IMG/VR virus record: IMGVR_UViG_3300012948_000295
Coordinates: 1-55,645 of that record
DNA from: a virus
Taxonomy: Duplodnaviria > Caudoviricetes
Strand: one strand, 5' to 3'
DNA: 55,645 bases
The position numbers were made by a program, and so were the translations under genes. The notes beneath the pieces were generated by a model. That model worked only from the letters and a program-made list of their open reading frames with translations. It was not told where the DNA came from and did not search any database. Shown piece by piece: positions 29,538-39,195 of this stretch (positions are counted from its first letter, which is position 1; every line of letters begins with the position of its first letter).

Positions 29538-30521
29538 CTAGCCTCGCCGCCTGCGCTCCTCTTTATTTCTCGCCTCAAAAAACTCTTGTAGGCTCATCTG
29601 GTCGTAATCCCGCACCGCCACAGCGCCGTTACCCCGCGTCGGCTGAATCGGCGGCGGGGCGTTACTTGTCGCTGGGGCTGGGGGATGTGCTGGCGCGGGC
29701 TCTGGGGCTGGAGTCTCGGTTGACACGAGCGATTCGAGACGCCCTATGGCCAGATAGGCCGCTAGACCGTTTAAGTTTTCTAAGGCCATCGCTTCATCAG
29801 GATGCGTGGCAAGGCGATAAATGAGTTGATGCTTGTGGGCGGACGCAAGCACCGCCTGACTCACATCATTGTTGAGTCTTACAGGCGTGTTGCGTACCAC
29901 TTCGTCATAGTCAGAGTGATTCTCACGCATCTGTCTGAGCGCCTGTTCTTCTTGCGTCCTCAGACGTTCCTGTGCCAGCGCCTGGCTTACGTGCCACTGA
30001 ATATTGGCACTGTTATAAAGACTTTGCGCCCGCACAAAATCGTCATGATTGGCAAAGCCCTCTTCTTGCGGCGGAATAGGCTCCCCACTGGGATAGCGGG
30101 GTATGCCCGCTGGTTGCTGCGCTGGCTGCCCTGGCTGGTCAGCGCCATTCTGCGGGGGCTGTCCCCCGTCAAGAGCTCGCCTACGCCAGTATTCCGCTTC
30201 TTGCCTGGCCAGGTTGCGTTCGTGCGTGAGGTCACTAAAACGTGCATCAAATGAGCGCTTGCGCCGTGCCTGTGGCGGAGGAGTTTCTTGCGGTTCCTCC
30301 CCGTCGCTCTCCGTATCGTCCTCGCCGTCCTGCTCTTCCCCTTCGTCACCCTCTTGGGGAGGAGGAGGCGCCTCTGCGGGAGCCGCTGCCTCACTGTCCC
30401 CCTCGTCCGCCACAGGCACCGCTGGCACTGCGGGAGCCGCGCTCGGATCAAGGGGTAACACGTTTGGCCCAACTACCACCGCATTGGCTAAAATATCCTG
30501 TGCAGCTTCACTCATGGCCAC
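29538..30521 (-). CDS. Scaffolding protein
   Basis: Acidic N-terminus, RFSDLT.ER, YRLATHPDEA..IGRLE, SNAPPPIQP; immediately upstream of coat. Confidence 0.88.
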   Translation of the reverse strand: MAMSEAAQDILANAVVVGPNVLPLDPSAAPAVPAVPVADEGDSEAAAPAEAPPPPQEGDEGEEQDGEDDTESDGEEPQETPPPQARRKRSFDARFSDLTHERNLARQEAEYWRRRALDGGQPPQNGADQPGQPAQQPAGIPRYPSGEPIPPQEEGFANHDDFVRAQSLYNSANIQWHVSQALAQERLRTQEEQALRQMRENHSDYDEVVRNTPVRLNNDVSQAVLASAHKHQLIYRLATHPDEAMALENLNGLAAYLAIGRLESLVSTETPAPEPAPAHPPAPATSNAPPPIQPTRGNGAVAVRDYDQMSLQEFFEARNKEERRRRG

Positions 30522-30577
30522 ACTCCATGTGGTGCTCTCTTACGCAGCCAGGGTCGAGCACTCCCTGACGCGAAGGG

Positions 30578-31423
30578 TTAGGCCGTCTCGATAAGGGGCA
30601 ATTGTGCGGCTGGCCAGCGATATGGCAACGCCAATTGTCGATTGTGCGTTGCCGCTTCCAGCATGTCTTCATAATGCTGATTGCTTTGTGCCCCTGTCGC
30701 CAGGCCATTCATAAAGGCTGTCATCGCCACAACGACCAACTCATCAAGGACCTGATGATGCGCTTTCGCCCCTAAGCGATCTGCCCGCGCTTTCAGCTCG
30801 GCATACATCTTTGTGCCGAGAAACGCATCGTACATTTCTGCAATGCGATTGGGCACCACTCCAGCGACTTTGACAGAGCCAATATCTGTTGGAAGCTTGG
30901 GGATGCCTTGCTTCGTTTTTGTATTCAACGCATTAATTTTGCCTGCAAGCTCCCCCTGAAACCTTGCCACAAAGTCTGCTGGCTCATTGAGCAGCCACCG
31001 CTCTAAAATGGACGAAGGCATAGGCGCCTCGGCTTGGGACTTAAGCAACGCCATCTTGTCGTCCCGTTCCTGAATAAAATAATCCCGTATCTCACTGCCT
31101 TTGTCTTCATCAGCCATCATGCCGACATGCTCACAACAGCGCTGCGTCAAAAAGTACTCTTTGCTGTTTGGAGTACCTCTTGAGGATTTATACTCAGTTT
31201 TGAGTAAAACTACATAATCTTTATTCTCAATCATTTGAGCATATTCAAGCGCTCTATGTATCCAATCGTTATAGCGCGTTTTGATCCCAAGAAATTTATG
31301 GAGGTCTCTTCCATTGATGGTGTCAACGGTTACCTGCATAAGCGTCTGCGGCGTGACGCGAAATAATGCTTTTTTCCCCTGTTGCGCTGAGGCCATTTCT
31401 TCTCTACCCTTCTCGGTAGCCAT
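30578..31423 (-). CDS. antA: AntA/AntB-family antirepressor-domain protein
   Basis: INGRDLHKFLGIKTRYNDWI..ENKDY..KEYFLT..GSEIRDYFIQ. Confidence 0.8.
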   Translation of the reverse strand: MATEKGREEMASAQQGKKALFRVTPQTLMQVTVDTINGRDLHKFLGIKTRYNDWIHRALEYAQMIENKDYVVLLKTEYKSSRGTPNSKEYFLTQRCCEHVGMMADEDKGSEIRDYFIQERDDKMALLKSQAEAPMPSSILERWLLNEPADFVARFQGELAGKINALNTKTKQGIPKLPTDIGSVKVAGVVPNRIAEMYDAFLGTKMYAELKARADRLGAKAHHQVLDELVVVAMTAFMNGLATGAQSNQHYEDMLEAATHNRQLALPYRWPAAQLPLIETA

Positions 31424-31585
31424 TGTGTACCTCCTGTGTATACGATGGTTAGTGTGCTGGGCGTGTACTATCCATGCTCAGCACATGCTTATCCCTCACT
31501 CCCTGATTTCTCTGTCATGCGCTTCAGTTGCGCAAGAATCGCCTGGAGTTCACGCACAATAGCCCGCAAAGCGTCAAGATGCGCA

Positions 31586-33676
31586 TCACTCACCACTGCC
31601 ACCCTCCGGTGCATGCGCTTCAGCCTGAGCCGCTCTCAGCTCTAAAATATCGCCTTCGTGTTGCGCCCGTATTTTCGCCATCTCCGCTTCATGCCGAAGC
31701 AGCATATCTTCACGCTGCAGCCGGAGTTCTTCTTCTTTCATGGCGAGTTCACGACGCTTCAGCTCAAGCTCCGCCATATCGACTTGAATTTCCCCGGCTT
31801 TACTCTGCGCCTTCACTTTCAGCTCTCTGTTTTCTGCGTCAAGTTGTTGCGCGTGGGCGTAGAGCGCTTGCAGTTGCATCTGGCCATTCCTGAGTTGCCC
31901 TTGCATGGCTGTGATCATGCCCCGCATCTGGCCAGGATTTGGCCCTTCACCGTCTTTGAGCGGCGGAGGAGGCTCACCCTGCATGAGCTTATCGGCAATT
32001 TGTTCGCTCCCCGGCCAATCCATCTGTCGCACCATGTCAGAGCCCGCAATATCTAAGAGCTTGGGCCAGCCCTTGGCCAGTTCGATCATGTTCGCTACAG
32101 CACTTTCCCGCTTCGTCTGATAGCTTGGACCTGTCGAGAGCACGACGTCATAATCGCCTACTGTCACGTCGTTTAAGACCACACCAATACCGTCTTGTCC
32201 GACGCCTTGCGGCTGGTTGAGCTGGGCAGGCTGGGCCTGGCCATCTTCGCCTAAGATTCTCACCACACGGGGCGTGTCATAATACGACGGGAGCCAGCCC
32301 ATCATCACGCGCCAAGCATGAATGAGCGACACGGCCGCATTCGCGTAGTAGTGATAACTGGCCATGTCGCCCTGCATATCTTCTTGCTGGATACTCTCGC
32401 CGCTTCTGGGATTGCCCGCCGTAAGCCTCACAGGCTGGTGTATCCCTGTGACAATTTGCATATAGCCTTGCGCCGTGCCCGCCGCTTCGATAATCCCCGT
32501 AGGAGGCTGCGGAAACGGCATGCGAGTAGGCGGCTGCATGGGTGTGCCACGTAAATCATCCACCGCGTTATATTCGAGCGCCACAATATTGGACTGATTC
32601 GCTGACTTCCAGTCTTGCTCAAAACCGTCCATAAACCCGGCTGGGCCTACCCATGGCGCACGGGGTTGCAGCGCCAAGAGTTCTGTCTTGGTGGTTTCCC
32701 AGTAGTTCAGCATGGTTTGTGGATCTCTGAGCAAGCGAATGAGTCCAAACCGGCGCTTTTTGCCACGTATAAGCACTGTATTGCCGTACACGGGAATGAC
32801 CGGGATAAACTTGCCCGGAATAATCTTTTCGTCCAGGATATCCACACCCGAGCAGAGATACCACTTAATGACTTTGCGCTGTACGCGCCGCTGCTGGATA
32901 AACTGAGGCGTCTCAGGTGTGCGAGGGACCTGAGACGCCCACACGTGCTGCCCTTGTGCGGTCAGGAGCAACACGTCCTCGACGTATTCACAGCGGTAAT
33001 ATTCGGCAATCTGGATACTGTCTTCCGTAATCCACTCCGGGCCTAGCTCCGCTGAACCAATCAGAGAGAGTGTCGAGGCGTCCGCGCCCGGATATTTACG
33101 CTCGAACTCTTTACGGGGCACCATCTCAGTGATGGCACACTGAGTAGCGTCAGCGCCGTCCCTGGTCACGCTATGCGGATCAAAATACACACTAAACGTG
33201 TTAGGAAGAGCACCAAATTTGATTTCTTGCAGGAAGCTATCCTCAGAGACGTACTCGGTATACAGCCGGTAGTAGCCCCAGCCAATATCGACCGCCGATT
33301 CTAGAGCCAGGTCACAGGCGCTTTCGCCGCCACTGGCATACACAATATGGCGACCCAGGCCAGCGATCACTTCAGCAATTTTGGGCTGCGCGCCACTCCC
33401 CACGGGATGCACCTGCACGTCTGGCCGGTTCTGGCGATAATCATTCACAATTTGATTGATAAAGCCAGGAATTTCGTTGATCGTCAGACACGGCCGCGGA
33501 TTATCCCCGGCCTCTCTGGCAGTACGTACTGTTGCTGGCCACTGATCCCCGGCCTTAAAGAGCAAATCTTGCTCGCCCGCGTTCCGGTTCTCGCTTTCGG
33601 CATCGGTCACCAGCCGCACGAAGTCACGCACCCCATCAATCACATCGTCTCTGGCTAAATACGCAGTCTCGCCCAT
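31586..33676 (-). CDS. Portal protein, P22-like
   Basis: GDQWP..RPCLTIN, RQNRP, G.YDV....GPSYQTKR; C-terminal coiled coil. Confidence 0.95.
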   Translation of the reverse strand: MGETAYLARDDVIDGVRDFVRLVTDAESENRNAGEQDLLFKAGDQWPATVRTAREAGDNPRPCLTINEIPGFINQIVNDYRQNRPDVQVHPVGSGAQPKIAEVIAGLGRHIVYASGGESACDLALESAVDIGWGYYRLYTEYVSEDSFLQEIKFGALPNTFSVYFDPHSVTRDGADATQCAITEMVPRKEFERKYPGADASTLSLIGSAELGPEWITEDSIQIAEYYRCEYVEDVLLLTAQGQHVWASQVPRTPETPQFIQQRRVQRKVIKWYLCSGVDILDEKIIPGKFIPVIPVYGNTVLIRGKKRRFGLIRLLRDPQTMLNYWETTKTELLALQPRAPWVGPAGFMDGFEQDWKSANQSNIVALEYNAVDDLRGTPMQPPTRMPFPQPPTGIIEAAGTAQGYMQIVTGIHQPVRLTAGNPRSGESIQQEDMQGDMASYHYYANAAVSLIHAWRVMMGWLPSYYDTPRVVRILGEDGQAQPAQLNQPQGVGQDGIGVVLNDVTVGDYDVVLSTGPSYQTKRESAVANMIELAKGWPKLLDIAGSDMVRQMDWPGSEQIADKLMQGEPPPPLKDGEGPNPGQMRGMITAMQGQLRNGQMQLQALYAHAQQLDAENRELKVKAQSKAGEIQVDMAELELKRRELAMKEEELRLQREDMLLRHEAEMAKIRAQHEGDILELRAAQAEAHAPEGGSGE

Positions 33677-34014
33677 TATTCGTGCATCTCAAAAGCTAGA
33701 CGTACTTCCCGTTCCCGGTCAAGAATCTCTTGGGGAATCATCTCGCCAATCGCCTTAAAGCCCGCCACAATTTGTTTCATGCCCACACAGAGCAAGAACA
33801 GATCGCGCCGACTCGCCCCCTTCGTCGGCATCGTCAGCATAAGCGACATGAGCCCGTTTTCTGGCACTTCTGGCGTCCACGCACGCATCGCCAGAATAAC
33901 ATTAGCATAGGCTCCATCGTGTGGGAATAAGCGCTCCTGAATAGCCACGCTAGTCTTTCTTGCCTTTGCCACTAACCGAGCCATAACCACAGCCAATATT
34001 TTTGTTGGTATCAA
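33676..34014 (-). CDS. Hypothetical protein (start uncertain)
   Basis: Stop overlaps portal start (TAATG). Confidence 0.5.
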   Translation of the reverse strand: MIPTKILAVVMARLVAKARKTSVAIQERLFPHDGAYANVILAMRAWTPEVPENGLMSLMLTMPTKGASRRDLFLLCVGMKQIVAGFKAIGEMIPQEILDREREVRLAFEMHE

Positions 34015-34159
34015 GCTCCGAGCGCCCGATCACGCCACTATCGTAGACGCCAAAGCCCCCCTTGTTGGGTGCTGTCCCCGTAGGCTTCTGGCCGTTATCG
34101 CCAATCCGCGTATCATAACCAGGGTCAGGCTTATGACTGTTCCCATTGCTGCGTGGCAT
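33950..34159 (-). CDS. Small Gly-rich hypothetical protein
   Basis: MPRSNGNSHKP..; GAAGGGG upstream. Confidence 0.45.
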   Translation of the reverse strand: MPRSNGNSHKPDPGYDTRIGDNGQKPTGTAPNKGGFGVYDSGVIGRSELDTNKNIGCGYGSVSGKGKKD

Positions 34160-34197
34160 TATTTCTTCCCCTTCTTGGCTTTGCACATTAAAACTCT

Positions 34198-34226
34198 TTG
34201 ACATAGAGAACTCTTAGCATTACAAT
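34198..34226 (+). promoter_or_regulatory. Sigma70-type promoter, probably leaderless, for the antisense HNH gene
   Basis: TTGACA-17nt-TACAAT; ATG 7 nt after the -10 box. Confidence 0.7.
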
Positions 34227-34233
34227 CTCGTCC

Positions 34234-34782
34234 ATGGACATATGCAACGATTGCAAAACCGAACTCACCAAAGATAACTGGTACCCAAGTCTACAAAAAA
34301 TTAATCGCCGTTTGTGCAACCTATGCAGTGTGAAAAGAAACGCTGCCTGGCGCGCCGAAAACCCCTTGGCTGCAAAACTGCACCAACGACACCACTACCA
34401 GCGATGGCGCGATAAACACAGAGAAGAGTCCGCACGCTGGAAGAGAAACAACCCGGAACGCGACAAAGAAACTCAAGACAAACACCGCAAAGCACTGCGA
34501 CAAGCGGTCTTGGCTGCATATGGCTCTTGCTGCGCTTGCTGCGGAGAAACCAGACAAGAGTTTTTGTCTGTAGACCACACGAACGGCGACGGGGCAAAAC
34601 ACCGCAAAGAGCTTAAGAGCCGCGCTATGGCACATCTGTACCGCTATCTCAGGGATCAAGGCTTTCCCAAAGATCGCTTCCGTCTTCTGTGCTATAACTG
34701 CAACATGTCCCGTGGCCATTATGGCTACTGTCCCCATGAACACGAGCGCACTACTTCTTTGCCTTCTTCCGATCCTTTTTAA
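34234..34782 (+). CDS. Free-standing HNH endonuclease, same family as the intron ORF
   Basis: AYGSCCACCGETRQEFLSVDH..RLLCYNCN..CPH. Confidence 0.88.
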   Translation: MDICNDCKTELTKDNWYPSLQKINRRLCNLCSVKRNAAWRAENPLAAKLHQRHHYQRWRDKHREESARWKRNNPERDKETQDKHRKALRQAVLAAYGSCCACCGETRQEFLSVDHTNGDGAKHRKELKSRAMAHLYRYLRDQGFPKDRFRLLCYNCNMSRGHYGYCPHEHERTTSLPSSDPF

Positions 34783-34918
34783 AATCGCTCGGACTGTGAA
34801 CGGCGCCTGTCTCTAAATTCTTGGCTTCGTTGACTTTCCCGGACGGCGTAAAATGCAAGCGCACTTTTTTGCCACTTTCCGTTGTTTTGACTCTGTAGCG
34901 TCCCTTGCCAACAGGCAT
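34751..34918 (-). CDS. 55-aa basic protein
   Basis: MPVGKGRYRVKTTESGKKVRLHF..EAKNLETG; GGAGG RBS; not in the ORF track. Confidence 0.6.
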   Translation of the reverse strand: MPVGKGRYRVKTTESGKKVRLHFTPSGKVNEAKNLETGAVHSPSDFKKDRKKAKK

Positions 34919-34921
34919 ACG

Positions 34922-35070
34922 TCACACCCTCCCCATGGAAGCAAGATTACCAGGACAAGCACGATCACCCCGAAAATGCCGCTAGGCGCGTAGTCGTAAA
35001 TGTGATACCCCCATGTAGGCAGGCCACCGAGCGCCAGCACCAGCAAGACCACGATCAGGATCAGCAGCAT
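34922..35070 (-). pseudogene. DUF3309-like small membrane protein with apparent 1-nt deletion near the 3' end
   Basis: LGGLPTWGY..YAPSGIFG; one added base restores the ..LMGRV* terminus. Confidence 0.55.
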
Positions 35071-35205
35071 TTATTTTTTGGCCTTGTCTTTGGCCTTGCC
35101 CACATAGACTTTCTCGCCCTTTTTGGTGAGAACGTGCTTTGTGGTCAAGCCCTCCCGACTCTCCATGTCTTTGACTTCCCGGAGCTTTGCCTTGCTTTTA
35201 GCCAC
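35071..35205 (-). CDS. 44-aa Lys-rich protein
   Basis: MAKSKAKLREVKD..KAKK; fills the gap between flanking genes. Confidence 0.45.
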   Translation of the reverse strand: MAKSKAKLREVKDMESREGLTTKHVLTKKGEKVYVGKAKDKAKK

Positions 35206-35214
35206 AGACACCCC

Positions 35215-35541
35215 CTAGCCCCACTTATCAGCCATGTAGATATAGACACGCCCACTGGCCAGCGTTGTCAGAGCAAAATCTTGCATCCAGAGACGCTCTA
35301 TGAGATCAGCAACAGTCGAGTTAGGCCCCGCCGCCACAGCTTCCCAGTACACTTTGCCGTTGGACGCAGTAATCACACAAGCATGCCCAGCCACCGCCGC
35401 TGGCGAAACCCACCTGATCCCCTTAACGCGAATCATCGGCATCATACCGTAGCTCTGCTGCTGGAGCGTCTGCTTAATGAGCGATGCTCCGGGCGTGTCG
35501 AGGATAAATTGATTTTCAAAAAAGTCATTCGCCATAGTCAC
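35215..35541 (-). CDS. Small virion-associated hypothetical protein
   Basis: VKGIRWV..L..L.SG.VYIY beta-rich pattern; within the packaging operon. Confidence 0.65.
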   Translation of the reverse strand: MTMANDFFENQFILDTPGASLIKQTLQQQSYGMMPMIRVKGIRWVSPAAVAGHACVITASNGKVYWEAVAAGPNSTVADLIERLWMQDFALTTLASGRVYIYMADKWG

Positions 35542-35710
35542 GCTTCCACACCGCTACCAGCTCCCCCAGCGAGAGCCGACCGACCAAATACGCTTTGCGA
35601 ATCTCTGTATCCAGCTCCTGAAACTCATACACATGGTGACTAAACAGCCGCTTTTCGTATGAGTCGCCCTCTTCTTCGTAGCTCGCTTCATTGCTTCGTG
35701 GCTCCATCAC
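35525..35710 (-). CDS. Hypothetical protein
   Basis: ORF between terL and the next gene. Confidence 0.4.
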   Translation of the reverse strand: MMEPRSNEASYEEEGDSYEKRLFSHHVYEFQELDTEIRKAYLVGRLSLGELVAVWKRDYGE

Positions 35711-35740
35711 TCAACTCATACGCAAAGAGAGATTTCTGTA

Positions 35741-37153
35741 TCAGACCATCCACCCGGCGCCAGCCTGTACTTCTTGCCGACGTCTGCGCACCGGAGGTTG
35801 CAAGCGTTGCACAGCTCGCTTCTCAATCGCATCCACACGCCCAAGAGCCCCTGCCAGCGTCCGTATCGCATCAGCCGCATGTGATGACCAATCGTGATCG
35901 GCTTTCGGCAAAAAGACGCGATTGGCAGCGTCCCACTCGTGATGATAGGAGCGCAGACACCCTATGCCCTTTTCGCACGCCTCACGATCAAACATGAGCC
36001 TCGGGAACATGGCACGCACTTGATCAATTCCAGAGATGACTGGCGCCCGCTCGATAATATACACCTCTCCGCGCACCAGGCGGGCAAATACGGCGTCTCG
36101 CTCCTCAGCCCGACCTCCGACACCTGCCGCAGAGAAGTCTCGTTGTCGGCCATCGTGAGGCCAAAAATGGGCACTGTACTCATACGGCAAGTTATTCAGG
36201 TAATCCGCGTAGTGTTTTGAGGCATACCCGTGGTTCTCGTAGTAGTGGATGAGGCACACCTGGCGCCCCACGAATTGCACGCACCAGAGCGCTGTCATGT
36301 CATCGACGCCAATATCCCAGGCCGTGTATACGGGATAGCTCGGATCATAGGGCACGCGAGTAATACGGCGTTCTTGATCGACCTGGCGAAATTCGTTGGC
36401 ATAGTAGGCGCCAGGAATAGCCGCGTCAAATGAGCAGCGATATTCCTGGTCCACCATATCCTGGCTCATGCCCTCGCGCTTGTCCGCTTCGATATCGGCC
36501 TGGGAGACCACAGGGGAGAAGTCTTCGCCCGGCGCGTCACGCTGCGTATCGTCGACCGTGCGCAGATCAGCGTACCACTCTGGGTTATCCTGATTCTCGC
36601 TCCAGAGCGTATAGCCATGATTTTTCCCACGCGGGGTATAGCAGAACGCGGCCCACCCGCCATTTTCACGCAGAATAGGCTGAGCAAGCTCCCAGGCTTG
36701 GGGATTTTGCAGGGCATATTCTGAGTACACCAGCCCCACGGCATTGCCACCCACCAGCACGTTCATGTTACGGTCAGTGCCGAGGATTTGATACGTACTG
36801 CCAGGCTTCGAGCGATCCGCAGGGTTGACAAACGTGATACTCATCTCAGCTTGATTTGGTGGGCTATAAAGCAGGCCAGGGGGAAAGTGATCAAGGTAGC
36901 GCCCGCCGGCCCGGTCGATCCCGGTCCAGATGACGCGGCGGCCCTGATTGAGTTGTGGGAAGATGTGGTAGTAGTTGCCGACGCGCCCTAGCATGCGTTC
37001 GACGGTGAAATTGAGCAGGGCTTTGTCTTTGCCAGCCCGCCGATGCCACACGAGGAGAAAGCGACGAATGCCAGCATCCCAGGCGTCCCAGATGGGCCAC
37101 TGGTACGAACGAGGTTCAAAGAGATAGGGCAGGCTTATTTCATTTGTCGCCAC
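35741..37153 (-). CDS. terL: Terminase large subunit
   Basis: VWHRRAGKD ATPase motif, SEYA, YTPRGKNH, QEYRCSF, AWDIG, HDWSSHAADAIR. Confidence 0.96.
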   Translation of the reverse strand: MATNEISLPYLFEPRSYQWPIWDAWDAGIRRFLLVWHRRAGKDKALLNFTVERMLGRVGNYYHIFPQLNQGRRVIWTGIDRAGGRYLDHFPPGLLYSPPNQAEMSITFVNPADRSKPGSTYQILGTDRNMNVLVGGNAVGLVYSEYALQNPQAWELAQPILRENGGWAAFCYTPRGKNHGYTLWSENQDNPEWYADLRTVDDTQRDAPGEDFSPVVSQADIEADKREGMSQDMVDQEYRCSFDAAIPGAYYANEFRQVDQERRITRVPYDPSYPVYTAWDIGVDDMTALWCVQFVGRQVCLIHYYENHGYASKHYADYLNNLPYEYSAHFWPHDGRQRDFSAAGVGGRAEERDAVFARLVRGEVYIIERAPVISGIDQVRAMFPRLMFDREACEKGIGCLRSYHHEWDAANRVFLPKADHDWSSHAADAIRTLAGALGRVDAIEKRAVQRLQPPVRRRRQEVQAGAGWMV

Positions 37154-37406
37154 GTCTGCGCACCCTCACCACAAGGGGGGCATCAGGATTGCCAGAGAGC
37201 ACAATGTCAGACGCTTTAAGCTGTGGCTGCACGTATTTTGCCAGGCTATTGGCTGCATGTAAGCGCAACTCATGGGTCAGCGTAACATCAGCGATCACAT
37301 CAGCCATGTATTTGAACGGATCGGCCCCGATCTCATCCACGTATGCCTGGAGGCGTTCCCGAAAGGGAGCAGTCGCCTTATTACGTGAGCTCTTAGGCCG
37401 CGCCAT
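37140..37406 (-). CDS. terS: Terminase small subunit (putative)
   Basis: RPK.SRNK..LRLHAA..LAKYVQPQLKA..LSG.PDAPL; overlaps the terL start. Confidence 0.7.
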   Translation of the reverse strand: MARPKSSRNKATAPFRERLQAYVDEIGADPFKYMADVIADVTLTHELRLHAANSLAKYVQPQLKASDIVLSGNPDAPLVVRVRRRGDK

Positions 37407-37660
37407 AACCTATGATTCTTCACGTTTCTACACGTTCTTTACTGCCACACAGGAAGCGCGAGCGGTATCGCCCACCACAAGCGCACCGCTGGCGCCAAGA
37501 TCCCAGAGACATTGTCACCCGCAAAAAAATACGCCATTCCAGGCCGCAAGAAAAGCACAAAATGTATCCTCGCAGTACATACCGCTATTATTACAGACCG
37601 TTTAGGTATATGGGGTACAAAATAATAATCGTCCAACACGCGATAAAGCAAAGAGTTAAG

Positions 37661-37968
37661 AAAAAAAAGTTACTAAAGTTACTAAAAGTTAGTAAAAAGT
37701 TATCATTTTTTCGCTTGACACGACAGCCACAACATATTGATAGTAAGGCGATTATTCTATCCCACTATAAAAAGTTACTAAAGTTACTTCTACTTCCATA
37801 AAACCCCCCCCTACAATACACACACGCGAACTTATGGATATTCTAGTAACATTAGTAACTTTTTTATATACGTACCTATAAATATATGAATTTATTATAG
37901 TTATATAAGTTACTACTTTTTTTTACAAGTAAAAAAACAATAACTTTTTAGTAACTTTAGTAACTTTT
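37661..37968. repeat. AT-rich candidate replication origin with direct and inverted AAGTTACT repeats
   Basis: AAAAGTTACTAAAGTTACT near 37665 and 37770; inverted copies near 37845-37862 and 37941-37968; non-coding divergent region. Confidence 0.7.
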
Positions 37969-38179
37969 ATGGGTTAATGTATTGATATATAAGAGAAATA
38001 ATTTGTTCCCCAGGTACACATATGAGCAGGTATAAAAACGCAGCACGCGAGCCCGATGCAGTCCCTCACCTGGAGAACTGTCTTTTTTGTTGACGAGGGG
38101 TCATGCATAATAGCCATTGTGGCTAGAATAGCTATTGTGGTCACTCCAAAACTTTTTTCTCTCCCCCTCAAAATAACTC

Positions 38180-38208
38180 TTGCGATCCGATCATAAATTC
38201 ACTATAAT
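38180..38208 (+). promoter_or_regulatory. Sigma70-type promoter for the rightward early operon
   Basis: TTGCGA-17nt-TATAAT. Confidence 0.7.
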
Positions 38209-38254
38209 ATAGATAGTGAATGAAACAACACCCCTGGCAAGTGGAGACGAAGCG

Positions 38255-38878
38255 ATGAAGATGGGCCATGTAACGGGCGAGAAGATGGAGAAGGCTGGCA
38301 GCCAAGACTGGTATAACGAGTATGCCGAGCAGTGGCTAGCCCAGATTGAGCAGGGATGGCAAGCCCCCACAGTTGCGCAGGCCGAGCAGCCAGCCGCCCA
38401 GGCGGAACCCCTGTGTGGTATTACAGTTGAGTTCGAAATTGCGGGTCAGAAGGCGTGGGCGAAAGGCCAGGGCCAGACACCGGACGAAGCCACAACGAAC
38501 ATGCAAGCGACCATGGCGAGAGCCATCATTGCTCTGGAAACTCCACAGCCAGCGCAAGGGCCCAACTACTACGAGAAGTTAGGGCGCCTGATCACCTGTG
38601 GGTACGAGAAGGCGAAGGGCGACGCGAAGCTCACAGAACGCTTTAGCAAAGCGATTCAGCTTGTCGTAGGCGGACACGTAAGCCAGGGGATGACGAGCGA
38701 CCAGATTTTTTACGTGGGGAGCCAGCAAGCCGATACGACCACGCAGTATTACGTAAACGGTCAGACCTACACGTGTACCTGTGCTGACGCCCAGCGGCAC
38801 CAAGACGAGACGGGCTATCTGTGCAAGCACGCGCTAGCCGTGAAGCTTACCCAGAAGTTAGCGCACTCAAGCAAGTAG
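38255..38878 (+). CDS. SWIM zinc-finger protein
   Basis: YYV....TCTC.D.........CKHALAV. Confidence 0.8.
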   Translation: MKMGHVTGEKMEKAGSQDWYNEYAEQWLAQIEQGWQAPTVAQAEQPAAQAEPLCGITVEFEIAGQKAWAKGQGQTPDEATTNMQATMARAIIALETPQPAQGPNYYEKLGRLITCGYEKAKGDAKLTERFSKAIQLVVGGHVSQGMTSDQIFYVGSQQADTTTQYYVNGQTYTCTCADAQRHQDETGYLCKHALAVKLTQKLAHSSK

Positions 38879-38928
38879 CGAGGAGAGGCGGGGGAATCCC
38901 CGCCTTGTACCAGAGAGGAGCCACTCCT

Positions 38929-39195
38929 GTGCCAATACCGACGTATACCCTGATGACAGGACTGAAACAAGCTCGCAAAGCGGCGGGTTACACGCAGACG
39001 GAATTAGGCCGGCACCTGGGCGTCTGTCTGGGTGCCGTATCGAGCTGGGAAACGGGCAGGAACCTGCCCTCGATCCCGACGCTTTTTGCCATGGCTGATT
39101 TGCTAGGCGTAGCGCCTACGGACCTGATGCCATCACTGGCGCATCGTCTAGGCGCGCTCGAGGCCGCCCTGGGCGGAAGCGAGGTAGAGTCATGA
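38929..39195 (+). CDS. XRE/Cro-like HTH regulator
   Basis: LKQARKAAGYTQTELG..LGV...AVSSWETGRNLP. Confidence 0.9.
   Translation: MPIPTYTLMTGLKQARKAAGYTQTELGRHLGVCLGAVSSWETGRNLPSIPTLFAMADLLGVAPTDLMPSLAHRLGALEAALGGSEVES

Noticed and set aside
34100-34920. Second group I intron around the 34234 HNH
   Set aside because: I found no P/Q/R/S elements; flanking ORFs are complete and the HNH is antisense
37412-37801. 129-aa ORF with KLLKLLK repeats
   Set aside because: Translation of the origin-like DNA repeats
38886-38905. GC hairpin as intrinsic terminator
   Set aside because: No convincing U-tract on either strand
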